A DNA stretch of 64,000 bases, taken from positions 11,745 to 75,744 of the forward strand of contig JBHIAV010000010.1 of NCBI GenBank assembly GCA_046758745.1, read 5' to 3'. How positions within the stretch are numbered: position 1 is the first letter of the stretch; every line of letters starts with the position of its first letter. The notes under the pieces were generated by a model, which saw nothing but the letters and a program-made list of their open reading frames with translations, was not told the DNA's origin and ran no database searches. This DNA comes from Gemmatimonadota bacterium (GTDB taxonomy: Bacteria; Gemmatimonadota; Gemmatimonadetes; Palauibacterales; Palauibacteraceae). Shown piece by piece: positions 42,345-53,006 of this stretch. A program made the translations under genes and the position numbers.

Positions 42345-44033
42345 TCAGGAACGTGGCCCTTGCGGCGGCCTCCGCTCGAACACGATCCGTCCGTCCACCA
42401 TCGTGAGGTCCACGCGCACGGCTTTGATCCGATCGGGCGGTATCGCCAGGAGATCCGCGCTCAGGACCGCGATGTCGGCCCGCTTTCCCACCTCCAGCGT
42501 CCCGGTATACCTGTCGGCGAAGCCGGCGTAAGCCGCCGATCGTGTGTAGGCCCTCAGCGCTTCCTCGACGGAGATGCGCTGCTCCGGCACCCACCCGGCC
42601 GGGTGAGCGCCGTCCAGGGTGCGGCGGGTGGACGCGGCGTACAGGCCGAGGAGCGGATCGAGGGGAGCCACCGTCCAGTCCGACCCGAACGTCAGGGTCG
42701 CTTCCGCATCGAGCAGCGAGCGGAAGGCGTACGTGGTAGCGGCGCGCTCCGGGCCGACCTTCTGCTCGGCCCAGCGACCGTCGTCGATCGCGTGATACGG
42801 CTGCATGGACGGGATGACCCCCAGGCGGCGGAAGCGGGCGATGTCCCCGGAGCGAAGGTGTTGGGCGTGCTCTACCCGCCACCGGCGGTCGCGCGGGCTG
42901 CCCTCCCGGTGGAGCTCCTCGTACGCATCGAGGAGGAGTCTGTTCGCCCGGTCCCCGATGGCGTGCACGGCGAGGTGCAGCCCCGCAGAGTCCGCTGCGC
43001 CGATCCGGCTCCGGAGGGAGTCCAGGGGGGTCACCAGCAGGCCGAGGTTGTCCGGTTCATCCGCGTAGGGTTCCTCGAACGCCGCAGTCGCCGATCCCAG
43101 CGAGCCGTCCACGAACCCCTTCACCCCCCCGAAGCGGAGCCACTCGTCGCCGGTCCCACCCCTCTCCGCCACTTCTGCAGCCAGCCGCCTCCAGCTCGCC
43201 AGGGGCACGAAAGCGTACACGCGCAGAGTAAGCTCGCCCCGCTCGCGGGCGCGCCGGTAGGTCGCGAGGTCGGCCCACGTCCCCATGTCGTGCACTCCCG
43301 TCACCCCGCGCCCCGCCGCGTGGCCCATGGCCGCCCGCAGGGCCTCGTCCTGTTCCTCCTCCGAGGGCGCGGGTATGTGGGCGGAGACGAGGGACATCGC
43401 GCCGTCCTTGAAGATGCCGGTGGGCATCCCGGACGCGTCGCGCACCATCTCGCCGCCAGCCGGAGCGCGCGTCTCTTCGTCGACGCCGGCGATCCGCATG
43501 GCGAGCGAGTTGGCGAGCGCCATGTGCCCGTCGTGACGCCACACCCACACCGGATTCTCCGCGGCGGCGGAGTCGATCCACGCGTGCTCCGGCAGGGTCC
43601 CGCCCCACCGGTGGTGGTCCCAGTAGCCGCCGAGGATCCAGCGTCCCGGCGGCAGAGCGGCGGCGAACTCCCCTAGCCGCCGGGTGAACTCGGCCGGGGT
43701 GGCGGCGGCCCTCAGATCGACGGCCGCCAGGCTGAAGCCGCCTTCGATGAAGTGGGTGTGCGTGTCGATGAAGCCCGGGGTGACCATCCGTCCTCCCAGC
43801 TCGATCACGCGGGTCCCGCGACCGGCGAGCGCGCGGATCTCTTCCTCCGTCCCGACCGCCATGATCGAGTTGCCTCGCACGGCGATCCCCCGCGCCGCCG
43901 GGGCGCCGGGCACCCCTGTCCACACGGGGCCACCCACCAGCAGGAGGTCCGGACCCGGGAGTGAAGCGCAGGCGGCCGACATCAGGACGGCTCCAAAGGC
44001 GAGCACCGAGGGGCCGCCGCCCCGCTCATGCAC
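42345..44033 (-). CDS. YtcJ-like metal-dependent amidohydrolase, probable lipoprotein
   Basis: PGFIDTHTH, DGSLGS, HAIGDRAN, RVEHAQ and FGSDW; N-terminal SAAC. Confidence 0.9.
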   Translation of the reverse strand: MHERGGGPSVLAFGAVLMSAACASLPGPDLLLVGGPVWTGVPGAPAARGIAVRGNSIMAVGTEEEIRALAGRGTRVIELGGRMVTPGFIDTHTHFIEGGFSLAAVDLRAAATPAEFTRRLGEFAAALPPGRWILGGYWDHHRWGGTLPEHAWIDSAAAENPVWVWRHDGHMALANSLAMRIAGVDEETRAPAGGEMVRDASGMPTGIFKDGAMSLVSAHIPAPSEEEQDEALRAAMGHAAGRGVTGVHDMGTWADLATYRRARERGELTLRVYAFVPLASWRRLAAEVAERGGTGDEWLRFGGVKGFVDGSLGSATAAFEEPYADEPDNLGLLVTPLDSLRSRIGAADSAGLHLAVHAIGDRANRLLLDAYEELHREGSPRDRRWRVEHAQHLRSGDIARFRRLGVIPSMQPYHAIDDGRWAEQKVGPERAATTYAFRSLLDAEATLTFGSDWTVAPLDPLLGLYAASTRRTLDGAHPAGWVPEQRISVEEALRAYTRSAAYAGFADRYTGTLEVGKRADIAVLSADLLAIPPDRIKAVRVDLTMVDGRIVFERRPPQGPRS

Positions 44034-45492
44034 CGTTTCTCCCTTCCTCCAGCCTCCGCTTCAGCATCTGTCGCGCGCGCTCAGGGTCCGCCGCGCCGCG
44101 TGCCTCACGCATCACGGCGCCCATGAAGTGCTCGAGGAGCCTCTCCTCACCGGCCCGGTAGCGGGCCGCCTCTCTCGGGTGCGCCCGGATCGCCGCGGCC
44201 ACCCATTCCTCCAGCCGATGCTCGTCACGGATCTGGGCGAGGCCGTGGTCTCGTACGACGGTGTCCGGGTCCCCGCCTCCCTCGCCGCGGAAGAGGAGCT
44301 CCAGCGCCCGGGCCGCAGTGCGGGAGCTCAGGGTGCCGTCGCGCCGCAGCTCCACGATGCGAGCGAGCGCCTCGGGCGCCACGAGATTCGCCTCGCCCGC
44401 CTCTCCACCTCTCCGTTTCAGCTCCGCCGCGATCTCTCCCATGATGAAGTTCGCCGCCGCCTTCGCGGACTCCGGGGGAGCTTCCCCCACCGCGCGCTCG
44501 AAGAACGCGGCCCGCGCGGGCGTCGCCGCCAGCAGGGCCGCATCGTATTCGGAGAGACCGTACCGCTCCCGCAGCCGGAGCTCGATCCGGTCGGGAAGCT
44601 CGGGCAGGCTGTGTCGCTCGCGAACCACCAGGGCCGGATCCAGCTCGAGGAGGGGCAGATCCGGGTCCGGAAAGTAGCGATAGTCGAACGCCTCTTCCTT
44701 CCCGCGGAGTGGCCTCGTCTCGCCGGCCGCCTGGTCGAAGAGCCGCGTCTCCCGAAGCACGTGGCCATCCTTCCGGAGGAGGCGGACCTGCCGTGCCTCC
44801 TCGAAGAGAAGCGCCTTCTCCACATTGCTGAAGGAGTTCAGATTCTTGACCTCCGTCTTCGTCCCGAGCCGCGACGCTCCGACGCGCCTCACCGAGAGGT
44901 TCGCGTCCACCCGGAGGCTTCCCTCCTCCATGTTGCAGTCGCTCACGGCCGCGTAGTGCTCGAGGAGCTGCTTCAGACGGACCAGATACGCCCGGGCCTC
45001 CGCCGGTGAGCGCAGGTCCGGCTCGGTGACGATCTCCACGAGAGGCACCCCGGCGCGGTTGAGATCGACCGCGGTCGACCCCTCGAACCGGTCGTGCAGC
45101 GACTTTCCCGCATCCTCCTCCAGGTGGAGCCGCCGCACGCGAACCCGGCGGGTTCCGTCCTCCGTGTGTACGGCGACGGCGCCGTCCGAGGCCAGCGGAT
45201 GCGCGAACTGGGTGATCTGATACCCCTTGGGCAGATCGGGATAGAAGTAGTTCTTGCGCACGAACTCCGAGCGCTGCCGCACCGAGCAGCCGAGGACGAG
45301 CGCCGCCCGCACGGCGAGGGTGACGGCCCGCTCGTTCGGCACGGGCAGCGCCCCGGGAAGGCCGAGGCACACGGGACACACGTGCGCATTGGGCGGTGCC
45401 CCGTACTCGGCGCGGCACCGACAGAACATCTTCGTCTCGGTGCGGAGCTGCACGTGTACCTCCACCCCGATTACGGTCTCGAAGTCGCTCAT
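44026..45492 (-). CDS. gatB: Asp/Glu-tRNA amidotransferase subunit B
   Basis: [28 protein letters not shown] and YRYFPDPDL. Confidence 0.97.
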   Translation of the reverse strand: MSDFETVIGVEVHVQLRTETKMFCRCRAEYGAPPNAHVCPVCLGLPGALPVPNERAVTLAVRAALVLGCSVRQRSEFVRKNYFYPDLPKGYQITQFAHPLASDGAVAVHTEDGTRRVRVRRLHLEEDAGKSLHDRFEGSTAVDLNRAGVPLVEIVTEPDLRSPAEARAYLVRLKQLLEHYAAVSDCNMEEGSLRVDANLSVRRVGASRLGTKTEVKNLNSFSNVEKALLFEEARQVRLLRKDGHVLRETRLFDQAAGETRPLRGKEEAFDYRYFPDPDLPLLELDPALVVRERHSLPELPDRIELRLRERYGLSEYDAALLAATPARAAFFERAVGEAPPESAKAAANFIMGEIAAELKRRGGEAGEANLVAPEALARIVELRRDGTLSSRTAARALELLFRGEGGGDPDTVVRDHGLAQIRDEHRLEEWVAAAIRAHPREAARYRAGEERLLEHFMGAVMREARGAADPERARQMLKRRLEEGRNGA

Positions 45493-46997
45493 ACGGTCTC
45501 CCGCTCGAGGGGGTGGCGGAACGCCACGAGCTCCTCGAGACGGCTCGCCAGCCCGAGCATGCGCTCCTCCTCCCAGGGGGGGCACATCAGCTGACCACCG
45601 ACCGGAAGGCCATCCACCAGCCCGATGGGAATCGACACGGCCGGGATCCCTGCCAGGTTCGCCGACACGGTGTAGATGTCGGACAGGTACATCGCGTAAG
45701 GCTCATCCGACTTTTCGCCGAGGCGGAACGCCGGCGTGGGCGTGGTCGGGGCGAAGAGCGCGTCGACCCCCCCGACGAAGACCCGCTGCAGGTCCTCGGC
45801 AATCGCCGCCCGCACCTGCTGGGCGCGCAGGTAGTAGGCCTCGTAGTAGCCGGCCGACAGGGCGTACGTACCCAGCATGATCCGCCGCTTCACCTCGGCG
45901 CCGAACCCGGCGCCGCGCGTGGAGGCGTACAGCGCATCGATGTCCGGGGCGTCCGCGTGCCGGAATCCGTACCGAACGCCGTCGTACCGGGCCAGATTGC
46001 TCGACGCCTCCGCGGGCGCCAGGACGTAGTAGCACGGAATGGCGAGCCCGGTGTGCGGGAGCGCCACCTCCCGCACCTCGGCGCCGGCTCCTGCCATGCG
46101 ACGAAGCGTCTCCTCCGTCCGCTCCCGCACGCCCGGAGCCAGGCCTTCGCCCAAGAACTCGGCCGGCACCCCGATGGTGCGGCCCTCGAGTCCGAAGGTG
46201 TCCAGGGCGGCCGCGCGCGGCGGCCGCCTGTCCTGACAGGTCGCGTCGAGTGGATCCGCCCCCGCGATGACCTCGAGCACCTCGGCCGCGTCCCGGACCC
46301 GCCGGGCGAGGATCCCGATCACGTCCAGGCTCGAGGCGAAGGCGACGAGCCCGTAGCGGCTCACCCGGCCGTACGTCGGCTTGACGCCCACCACGCCGCA
46401 GAAGGAAGCGGGCTGGCGAATCGATCCGCCGGTGGAAGAGCCGAGCGCCACGGGGACGACCCCCGCTGCCACCGCCGCCGCCGAGCCACCGGAGCTCCCC
46501 CCCGGCACCCGTGAGCGGTCCACCGGGTTGCGCGTGGGGCCGAAAGCACTGTGCTCGGTCGACGAACCCATGCCGAACTCGTCCAAGTTCGTCTTTCCGA
46601 ACAGGAGCGCTCCCTCCGCCAGCACACGTCGGACGGCCGTCGCGGCGAAGGGGGATCGATACCCTTCCAGGATTCGGGAGCCGCAGGTGGTGGGAAGGTC
46701 CGGCGTGCAGATGTTGTCCTTTACGGCGATCGGGATGCCCACCAGGCGTCCACCGGGCGGCCCCTCCCCCGAGGCGGCGGGGGCCATCCGCGCATGGGCC
46801 GCTCCCGTTCGGGCCGGCTCCCTTCCGCCCGCCGGGCCGGCGGCATCGCCTAGCGTGCTCAGGAAGGCGTGCACCGGCTCCGGTGCGGCGTCCAGCTCCT
46901 CGTTCCTGCGCGCCGCGAGGCGGAGCATGGCCGTGGGACCGACGCCCTCGGCGTCGCGGAGCCGGCGGACCGTGGCGAGATCGGCCAGAGCCGTCAC
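45489..46997 (-). CDS. gatA: Asp/Glu-tRNA amidotransferase subunit A
   Basis: [22 protein letters not shown] and [11 protein letters not shown]. Confidence 0.96.
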   Translation of the reverse strand: MTALADLATVRRLRDAEGVGPTAMLRLAARRNEELDAAPEPVHAFLSTLGDAAGPAGGREPARTGAAHARMAPAASGEGPPGGRLVGIPIAVKDNICTPDLPTTCGSRILEGYRSPFAATAVRRVLAEGALLFGKTNLDEFGMGSSTEHSAFGPTRNPVDRSRVPGGSSGGSAAAVAAGVVPVALGSSTGGSIRQPASFCGVVGVKPTYGRVSRYGLVAFASSLDVIGILARRVRDAAEVLEVIAGADPLDATCQDRRPPRAAALDTFGLEGRTIGVPAEFLGEGLAPGVRERTEETLRRMAGAGAEVREVALPHTGLAIPCYYVLAPAEASSNLARYDGVRYGFRHADAPDIDALYASTRGAGFGAEVKRRIMLGTYALSAGYYEAYYLRAQQVRAAIAEDLQRVFVGGVDALFAPTTPTPAFRLGEKSDEPYAMYLSDIYTVSANLAGIPAVSIPIGLVDGLPVGGQLMCPPWEEERMLGLASRLEELVAFRHPLERETV

Positions 46998-47058
46998 ACA
47001 CCCTCCGGTCCGCGTCTCCCAGCCCGACACTCGCCGCTCGCCGCGGGGCTCCGGCGGC

Positions 47059-47358
47059 TCACGACCCCGGCTCCAGGGCCGGAAGCCTGGGGACCACGAA
47101 GAAGCCGTCGCGCCAGTCCGGCGCCAGCTCCCCGATGGGCAGGGTGAGGGGATCGGGTCCCGGGACGTCTGGTCGAAGACGCGGCGCCAGCCCTCGTCCG
47201 GAAGGTCCCCGTGGAAGCTCCCCCACGTCCTGAAGAGCCGCGAAGTGAGTGAGCAGCGTCTCCATCTCCGCCGCCAGCCGTCGCAGCTCCTCCTCTCCGA
47301 GGCGCAGGCGAGCGAGGCGGGCCACGTGCCTCGCGTGCTCCACGTCGATCCGCCTCAT
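47059..47358 (-). CDS. gatC: Asp/Glu-tRNA amidotransferase subunit C
   Basis: HVARLARL...LRPD...GFFVVPR; upstream of gatA. Confidence 0.9.
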   Translation of the reverse strand: MRRIDVEHARHVARLARLRLGEEELRRLAAEMETLLTHFAALQDVGELPRGPSGRGLAPRLRPDVPGPDPLTLPIGELAPDWRDGFFVVPRLPALEPGS

Positions 47359-47405
47359 CGGGCCCGCACCTCGCTCCGCCACCGGGCGTACGGATTCGCT
47401 CCCGC

Positions 47406-49652
47406 TCAAGCGGGCCGCAGACCGGCATGCGCCACGACCACCTTCTTCCGCCCCCCGCCGTCGAACTCGATCTCCACCTTCGCTCCCCGACCACTGCCGC
47501 TCACCGCCAGGATCGTCCCTTCGCCGAAGCGCGGATGGACCACTCGTGCGCCTGGCTCGACCTGCAGCGGAAGCTGCGTATCCCCGTAGTCGTAGCGCAG
47601 GCCGGACCCCGTTCCCCGATGCGCCGACCGAACCCACTCGAAGTCCGGCGCGCTCCCTGCGTCCTCCCATGCGCGCCACGGGCGGGCCAAGCGGCGAGCC
47701 CGTCGTCCATCGAACGGGTCGCCGATCACCCGCCGTTCCACCGGCCCTTCGGGAAGCTCTTCGAGAAACGAGGATGGCTCGGACCAGCCCTGGCTGCCGG
47801 CGCGCCACCGCCGGTCCGCGAAGGTAAGAACGAGCCGATCCATCGCCCGTGTGATGCCGACATAGAAGAGGCGTCGCTCCTCCTCCAGTCCGTCCGGCGA
47901 GTCGATCGCCCTCGCCAGGGGGAAGAGTCCCTCCTCGAGACCTCCGATGAACACGACCGGGAACTCGAGTCCCTTCGCGTTGTGAAGCGTCATCAGGGTC
48001 ACCGAGCCGGTGCCCTCCTCGTACTCGTCCATCTCCGAACGGAGGGCGGCGCATTGGAGGTAGAGCTCGAGCTCGGTGGCCCCGGCCCCTGGATCCTCGA
48101 CCTCGGCGGGGTCGAAGGCGGAGGCCGCGGCGAGCAGCTCGGTCAGGTTCGCGACCCGCTCCGCTCCTTCCTCCTCCGCCTCGAGCGCCGTCGCGAGGCC
48201 GAAGCGGCGCACGCACTCGCGGATCGCCTCCTCTGCCGTGGCCTCGGGCAGCATCTCCCCCAGGGCCAGGAGCTCCGTCGCGAACTCCCGCAGGGCTCGG
48301 GCGCCGGCTGGCGGGACTCCGGGAAGCTCCGGCGCCCGCGCCGCCGCCTCCAGCAGCGTGAGCCCGCCCTCCCGCGCCGCCGCTTGCAGACGCTCTGTCG
48401 TAACGCTCCCCACCCCCCGACGCGGCCAGCTCACCGCACGCCGGAAGGCAACCTCGTCGGATGGGTTCACCGCGAGCTGCAGGTAGGCCAGCACGTCCTT
48501 GATCTCCCGCCGCTCGTAGAAGCGCACGCTCCCTACGATGCTATACGGAAGGCCGGCTCCACGCAGGGCATCCTCGTAGGGACGCGACTGTGCGTTCGTA
48601 CGATACAGGATCGCGCAGTCGGCCAGGGCGCCTCGGTCGGCCAGCGGACGGATCTCGTTCACCGTCCACTTCGCTTCCGCCCGCTCGTCCGCCGTGCGAA
48701 CCAGCAGGACAGGGTCTCCTTCCCGCCGCACCGTATGGAGCCGCTTCTCCTTGCGCCGGCGGTTCTGCGCGATCACCCGGTTCGCCACCTCGAGAATCGG
48801 CGGAGTGGAGCGGTAGTTCTCTTCGAGGCGTACCACGGCGGCGCCCGGGAAGTCGCGCTCGAAGTCCAGGATGTTCCTGAGGTCCGCCCCCCGCCAGCCA
48901 TATATCGACTGGTCATCGTCACCGACCACACACACGTTCCCGTGCACACGGCCAAGCGAGCGGATCATCCTGTACTGAGCGCGGTTCGTATCCTGGTACT
49001 CGTCGACCAGCACGTGTCGGAAGCGGCGCGCGTACCTCTCGGCGACATCTTCGTGTCGCTCGAGCAACCGCGTCGCGTGGAGGAGGAGATCGTCGAAGTC
49101 GAACGCGTTACACCGGGTGAGGATCCGCTCGTACGCCGGATACACGTCGGAAACGGCACGCGACAGCAGGTCGAAGGCAGAGACGGAGTACTCCTCGGGC
49201 GACAACAAGGCGTTCTTGGCGTCCGAGATACGCGAGCGGATCGTTGCCGGCGACCAGCCCTGCGGGTCGTATCCGGCATCGTCCATCGCCTGCCGAATCG
49301 CCCGGAGCGAGTCCTCCTCATCGTAGATGGTAAAGCCGGAACCCCGGTTCGTCGCGTGGCCCTCGCGGCGGAGCAGGCGCGCCGCGATGGCGTGAAACGT
49401 CCCAATCCACAGGCCGGCGGGCTCGCACCCGAGGAGGAGCCCGATACGCTCCCGCATCACGCCCGCCGCCTTGTTCGTGAAGGTGACCGCGAGGATCTCG
49501 CTCGGCGAAACGCCCCGATCGAGGATCAGCCGGGCGATGCGCGCCGTGAGCACGCGGGTCTTGCCAGAGCCGGCGCCGGCGAGAATCAGCAGTGGTCCTT
49601 CACCGTGATCCACTGCCCGCCTCTGCTCGGGGTTGAGCGGAAGACCCCTCAC
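47406..49652 (-). CDS. pcrA: UvrD/PcrA superfamily 1 helicase
   Basis: AGAGSGKT, VDEYQD, NYRS, HNAKGLEF, EERRLFYVGITRA and a C-terminal Tudor-like VHPRFGEG. Confidence 0.95.
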   Translation of the reverse strand: MRGLPLNPEQRRAVDHGEGPLLILAGAGSGKTRVLTARIARLILDRGVSPSEILAVTFTNKAAGVMRERIGLLLGCEPAGLWIGTFHAIAARLLRREGHATNRGSGFTIYDEEDSLRAIRQAMDDAGYDPQGWSPATIRSRISDAKNALLSPEEYSVSAFDLLSRAVSDVYPAYERILTRCNAFDFDDLLLHATRLLERHEDVAERYARRFRHVLVDEYQDTNRAQYRMIRSLGRVHGNVCVVGDDDQSIYGWRGADLRNILDFERDFPGAAVVRLEENYRSTPPILEVANRVIAQNRRRKEKRLHTVRREGDPVLLVRTADERAEAKWTVNEIRPLADRGALADCAILYRTNAQSRPYEDALRGAGLPYSIVGSVRFYERREIKDVLAYLQLAVNPSDEVAFRRAVSWPRRGVGSVTTERLQAAAREGGLTLLEAAARAPELPGVPPAGARALREFATELLALGEMLPEATAEEAIRECVRRFGLATALEAEEEGAERVANLTELLAAASAFDPAEVEDPGAGATELELYLQCAALRSEMDEYEEGTGSVTLMTLHNAKGLEFPVVFIGGLEEGLFPLARAIDSPDGLEEERRLFYVGITRAMDRLVLTFADRRWRAGSQGWSEPSSFLEELPEGPVERRVIGDPFDGRRARRLARPWRAWEDAGSAPDFEWVRSAHRGTGSGLRYDYGDTQLPLQVEPGARVVHPRFGEGTILAVSGSGRGAKVEIEFDGGGRKKVVVAHAGLRPA

Positions 49653-50983
49653 GCCTCCTCTTCGGCGACCGGAAGCTCGATCCGGAAGCTCGTCCCCGAG
49701 TCCGAACTCTCCAGCATGATCGCGCCGTGGTGCATGTTGCGAATGATACGCCGCGTCAGCGAGAGGCCGACACCCCAGCCGCCCTCTTTGGTCGAGACCC
49801 CGAGGTCGAAGATGCGGTCTCGGATGGCGGGAGGCACACCGGGCCCGGAATCCGCTACCCGATAAACGGCCCGCTCTCCGATCACGCCCAGCGAGCTGAC
49901 GCGGATCCATCCCTCCTGACCGGCCAGGGCGTCGATCGCGTTTTTGACCAGGTTTTCGAACGCCCACTCGAGCAGCGTTTCGTTACCCAGGACCCGGATC
50001 TCACCGGGCTCGATCGCCAGGTCGAGCCTGGTGCGGCTGCCGAGCGTGGGGAGACGCGTGGCGAAGTATCGCCCGAGGCGCGTGACGATCTCCCCGACAT
50101 CCACGGGACCCAGCTCCGGGGGACGCCCGATGAGCTCGAAGCGACGTGAGACCTTATGGAGCCGCCCGACGTCGGTCGCCATCTCCTCGAGCACAAGGCT
50201 GTCGACGGTCACGCGCGTGCCCCGGCCCGCCGCCCGGGACGTAGCATCGAGCCTCTCCCCGCGCTCCTCCCCCACCGCACCCGTCTCCCCCGACGGCCGG
50301 TCCGGACGCGGCTCCGATCGGACCGGCAGCGTCGTGGCTGCGGACACCGCGGCTCCCTCGCCCTCGGCTTCACGGGGCGCGGCGTCCAGGTGCTCCAGCC
50401 ATCCGACCAGCGAGCTGAGGGGCGTACCCATCTGATGTGCCGACTCGCGTGCCATGGCGGACCAGATGCGTTCCCGCTCCCCGCGAAAACCCGTGCGTAT
50501 CACCCACACGCCCGTTCCTGCCACCCCGAGCAGGAGGGCCGCCTGCAGCCATGGGATCCACTTGAGCCGGCGGAGGAAGAGCGGCTCACCGTAGTGGATC
50601 ACCACGTCGGCGTCGGGAACGACGATGGGCGGGTTGCGCAGATCGAGGGTTGCCGCGTACTCGCCGATCCGGCGCGCTCCATCCGGGTCGGCGAAGTCGG
50701 CATCGAACGGCAGATTCGCCGGCTGCTGGTTCGGCGTGCCCGCCGTGTCCGTGAGCACCACCGGCACCTGCAGCGCATACAGCTCGCCCAGAAGGGCGAA
50801 CTCGGCCTCCGCCGTCCAACCCTCGGGCGAAGCTGCGCTGTTCACAACCTGGAAGTAGATGCGGCTGAACGCCGCCGCGTCGCGCCGCAGCTCGCCCGCC
50901 AGCTGCGACGTATAGACGAGGAAGGAGATGAGGAGGCCGGCGAAGGCGAAGGCGATCGCGACCGCCACCACCCGGCGCGTCAC
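49649..50983 (-). CDS. Two-TM sensor histidine kinase with no adjacent response regulator
   Basis: H-box ESAHQMGTPLS, N-box ENLVKNAIDA, DSGPG and GWGVGLS. Confidence 0.92.
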   Translation of the reverse strand: MTRRVVAVAIAFAFAGLLISFLVYTSQLAGELRRDAAAFSRIYFQVVNSAASPEGWTAEAEFALLGELYALQVPVVLTDTAGTPNQQPANLPFDADFADPDGARRIGEYAATLDLRNPPIVVPDADVVIHYGEPLFLRRLKWIPWLQAALLLGVAGTGVWVIRTGFRGERERIWSAMARESAHQMGTPLSSLVGWLEHLDAAPREAEGEGAAVSAATTLPVRSEPRPDRPSGETGAVGEERGERLDATSRAAGRGTRVTVDSLVLEEMATDVGRLHKVSRRFELIGRPPELGPVDVGEIVTRLGRYFATRLPTLGSRTRLDLAIEPGEIRVLGNETLLEWAFENLVKNAIDALAGQEGWIRVSSLGVIGERAVYRVADSGPGVPPAIRDRIFDLGVSTKEGGWGVGLSLTRRIIRNMHHGAIMLESSDSGTSFRIELPVAEEEA

Positions 50984-52254
50984 GGTGCTTCCAACCGCTC
51001 CATGCCCATGCGCGAACGCAGGACTTCGGGAACCCACACGCTTCCGTCCGCTTCCTGGTTGTTCTCGAGGATCGCCGCGATGGTGCGCGCGAGAGCGACG
51101 CCGGACCCGTTGAGCGTGTGGACAAAGCGGGGCCGCTTTCCATCGGCCGGCCGGTATCGGATCCCCGCTCTGCGCGCCTGATAGTCCATGAACGACGAAC
51201 AGCTCGATACCTCCAGCCACTTCCCGACGCCGGCCGACCACACCTCCAGGTCGTACTGGATGGCGCTCGAGAATCCGAGCTCTCCCGCCGGAAGCAGGAT
51301 CCGCCGATACGGGAGCCCGAGGAGCTCGAGCACCCGCTCCGCGTGCCGCGTGAGGCGCTCGAGCTCCGCGTCCGAGTCCTCGGGGGTGGTGAATCGCACG
51401 AGCTCCACCTTGTCGAACTGATGAACGCGCAGGAGACCTCGTGTGTCGCGCCCCGCCGCTCCTGCCTCCCGGCGGAAGCACGGCGTGTACGCCACGTAGG
51501 CGAGCGGCAGGGTCGATCCGTCGATGATCTCGTCGCGATGGAGGTTCGTGACCGGTACCTCGGCCGTTGGCACGAGGAAGAGGTCGTCAGCCGCCGTGTG
51601 GTACACATCCTCCTCGAACTTCGGGAGCTGCCCGGTGCCTATGAGGGAGTTCCTCGTCACGAGGAGGGGTGGGGCAACCTCCACGTAGCCGTGCTCCTCG
51701 ACGTGCAGCTCCAGCATGAAATCGATGAGCACACGGGTGAGCCGCGCGCCAGCACCCACGAAAAGGGGGAATCCTGAGCCGGCGATGCGGGCCCCTCGCT
51801 CCAGGTCCAGGATTCCCAGGGACGCGGCGAGCTCCCAATGGGGGCGTGGCTCGAAGGGAAGATCGGGCGGGTCGCCCCGGCCACCGAGGACCTCGCCCTC
51901 GCCCCCGGCCGGCACGCGCGGGCTCGGTCGGTTCGGGATGTTGAGCAGGGCGGAGTCGAGCTCCCCTTCCACCCCCATCAGCTCGCTGTCGAGGGCCCGA
52001 ATGCGCTCCGCCACCCCCTGCATGGAGGCGATGAGCTCCGACGCATCCGTGCCTTTCCGCTTGAGGTCCCCGATCTTGCGAGAGACCTCGTTGCGTCGCG
52101 CCTTGAGCTCTTCCACGCAAGCGATGATCCGACGGCGCTCTTCGTCAAGAGAGAGGGCGTGGTCGAACGCCTCGAGGGCGGCCGAGTTCCCGCGCCGCCC
52201 GAGGGCCGCCCGCACCTCCGTCGGGCTCGCGCGCAGCATCTTGATGTCCAACAT
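50980..52254 (-). CDS. serS: Serine--tRNA ligase
   Basis: GTGQLPKF, PTAEVP, FRREAG, HQFDKVE and HTLNGSG motifs. Confidence 0.97.
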   Translation of the reverse strand: MLDIKMLRASPTEVRAALGRRGNSAALEAFDHALSLDEERRRIIACVEELKARRNEVSRKIGDLKRKGTDASELIASMQGVAERIRALDSELMGVEGELDSALLNIPNRPSPRVPAGGEGEVLGGRGDPPDLPFEPRPHWELAASLGILDLERGARIAGSGFPLFVGAGARLTRVLIDFMLELHVEEHGYVEVAPPLLVTRNSLIGTGQLPKFEEDVYHTAADDLFLVPTAEVPVTNLHRDEIIDGSTLPLAYVAYTPCFRREAGAAGRDTRGLLRVHQFDKVELVRFTTPEDSDAELERLTRHAERVLELLGLPYRRILLPAGELGFSSAIQYDLEVWSAGVGKWLEVSSCSSFMDYQARRAGIRYRPADGKRPRFVHTLNGSGVALARTIAAILENNQEADGSVWVPEVLRSRMGMERLEAP

Positions 52255-52260
52255 GGAGAG

Positions 52261-52803
52261 CTACCCTTCGGCGCCGGGGACGAGCGAGCGCTGCTCGCAG
52301 TTCGGGTTGATGAGGTGACGGAAGGTGACGGTGCTCTCGGCCGCGTCGAGCGCCAGGATCTCGAGCTTGGCGAAGTGCCGGCAGCGCAGGCTGCCGAAGG
52401 TCGGGTCCCGCCGACTCACGGCGAAGAACACGTCGCCCACCGCGATCGGCACCGTTCGGTCGCGGACGTAGCCGCTGTCGGGCGCTTCCTGGATGGCATC
52501 GAACGACCGCGAGGCGCGTCGCAGGCCGGCGTCGGAATCCTCATTCAGGATCTGACCCCGAAGACGGAACTCGGGAACACCTCCGGACGGGAGGAAGAAG
52601 ACGAAATCCCAACCGAGGACGAGGTCGGTGCGAACCGATTCGCCGATCACGAGATCGAACGCCGCCGGATCCCCCAGATCCCCCGTCAGGAAATCCGTGA
52701 GGGTGGCCTCCTCAGGCTCCTCCGGCAACGCGACGAGGACGGGCGAGAAGTCGCGGCCGCACCCAAGCGCCCCGAGCAGCGCCGCGATCGAAATCGCTCT
52801 CAT
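52261..52803 (-). CDS. Hypothetical lipoprotein
   Basis: MRAISIAALLGALGC lipobox; beta-rich body with two further Cys. Confidence 0.7.
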   Translation of the reverse strand: MRAISIAALLGALGCGRDFSPVLVALPEEPEEATLTDFLTGDLGDPAAFDLVIGESVRTDLVLGWDFVFFLPSGGVPEFRLRGQILNEDSDAGLRRASRSFDAIQEAPDSGYVRDRTVPIAVGDVFFAVSRRDPTFGSLRCRHFAKLEILALDAAESTVTFRHLINPNCEQRSLVPGAEG

Positions 52804-52844
52804 GAATCTCAAGGTACCCCTGCCGCTGATGGTTGCCTCGCTCA

Positions 52845-52874
52845 AGTATGCGAGGCCCCGCGAACGAGTGTCAA
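52845..52874 (-). promoter_or_regulatory. Candidate sigma70 promoter for the lipoprotein-serS operon
   Basis: TTGACA-N18-CATACT. Confidence 0.55.
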
Positions 52875-53006
52875 AGTGGTCGGCGCCGTGTTACCTTCCG
52901 CACCGATGCTAGCTCCGGCTCGCCAGCGACGGGAGCGGACAGGCCGGTCATCCCGGTGGCGGCCGTCGGGCCGCCCCGCCGCCCCACCATGTGCAGGGAC
53001 ACGCGA

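Noticed and set aside
39286..42882. 1198-aa ORF suggesting a giant MurA fusion
   Set aside because: The first roughly 770 aa overlap the amidohydrolase in another frame and run antisense to the PLC and DUF948 genes. MurA similarity starts at ATG 40572. Long stop-free shadow frames are expected at this GC content.
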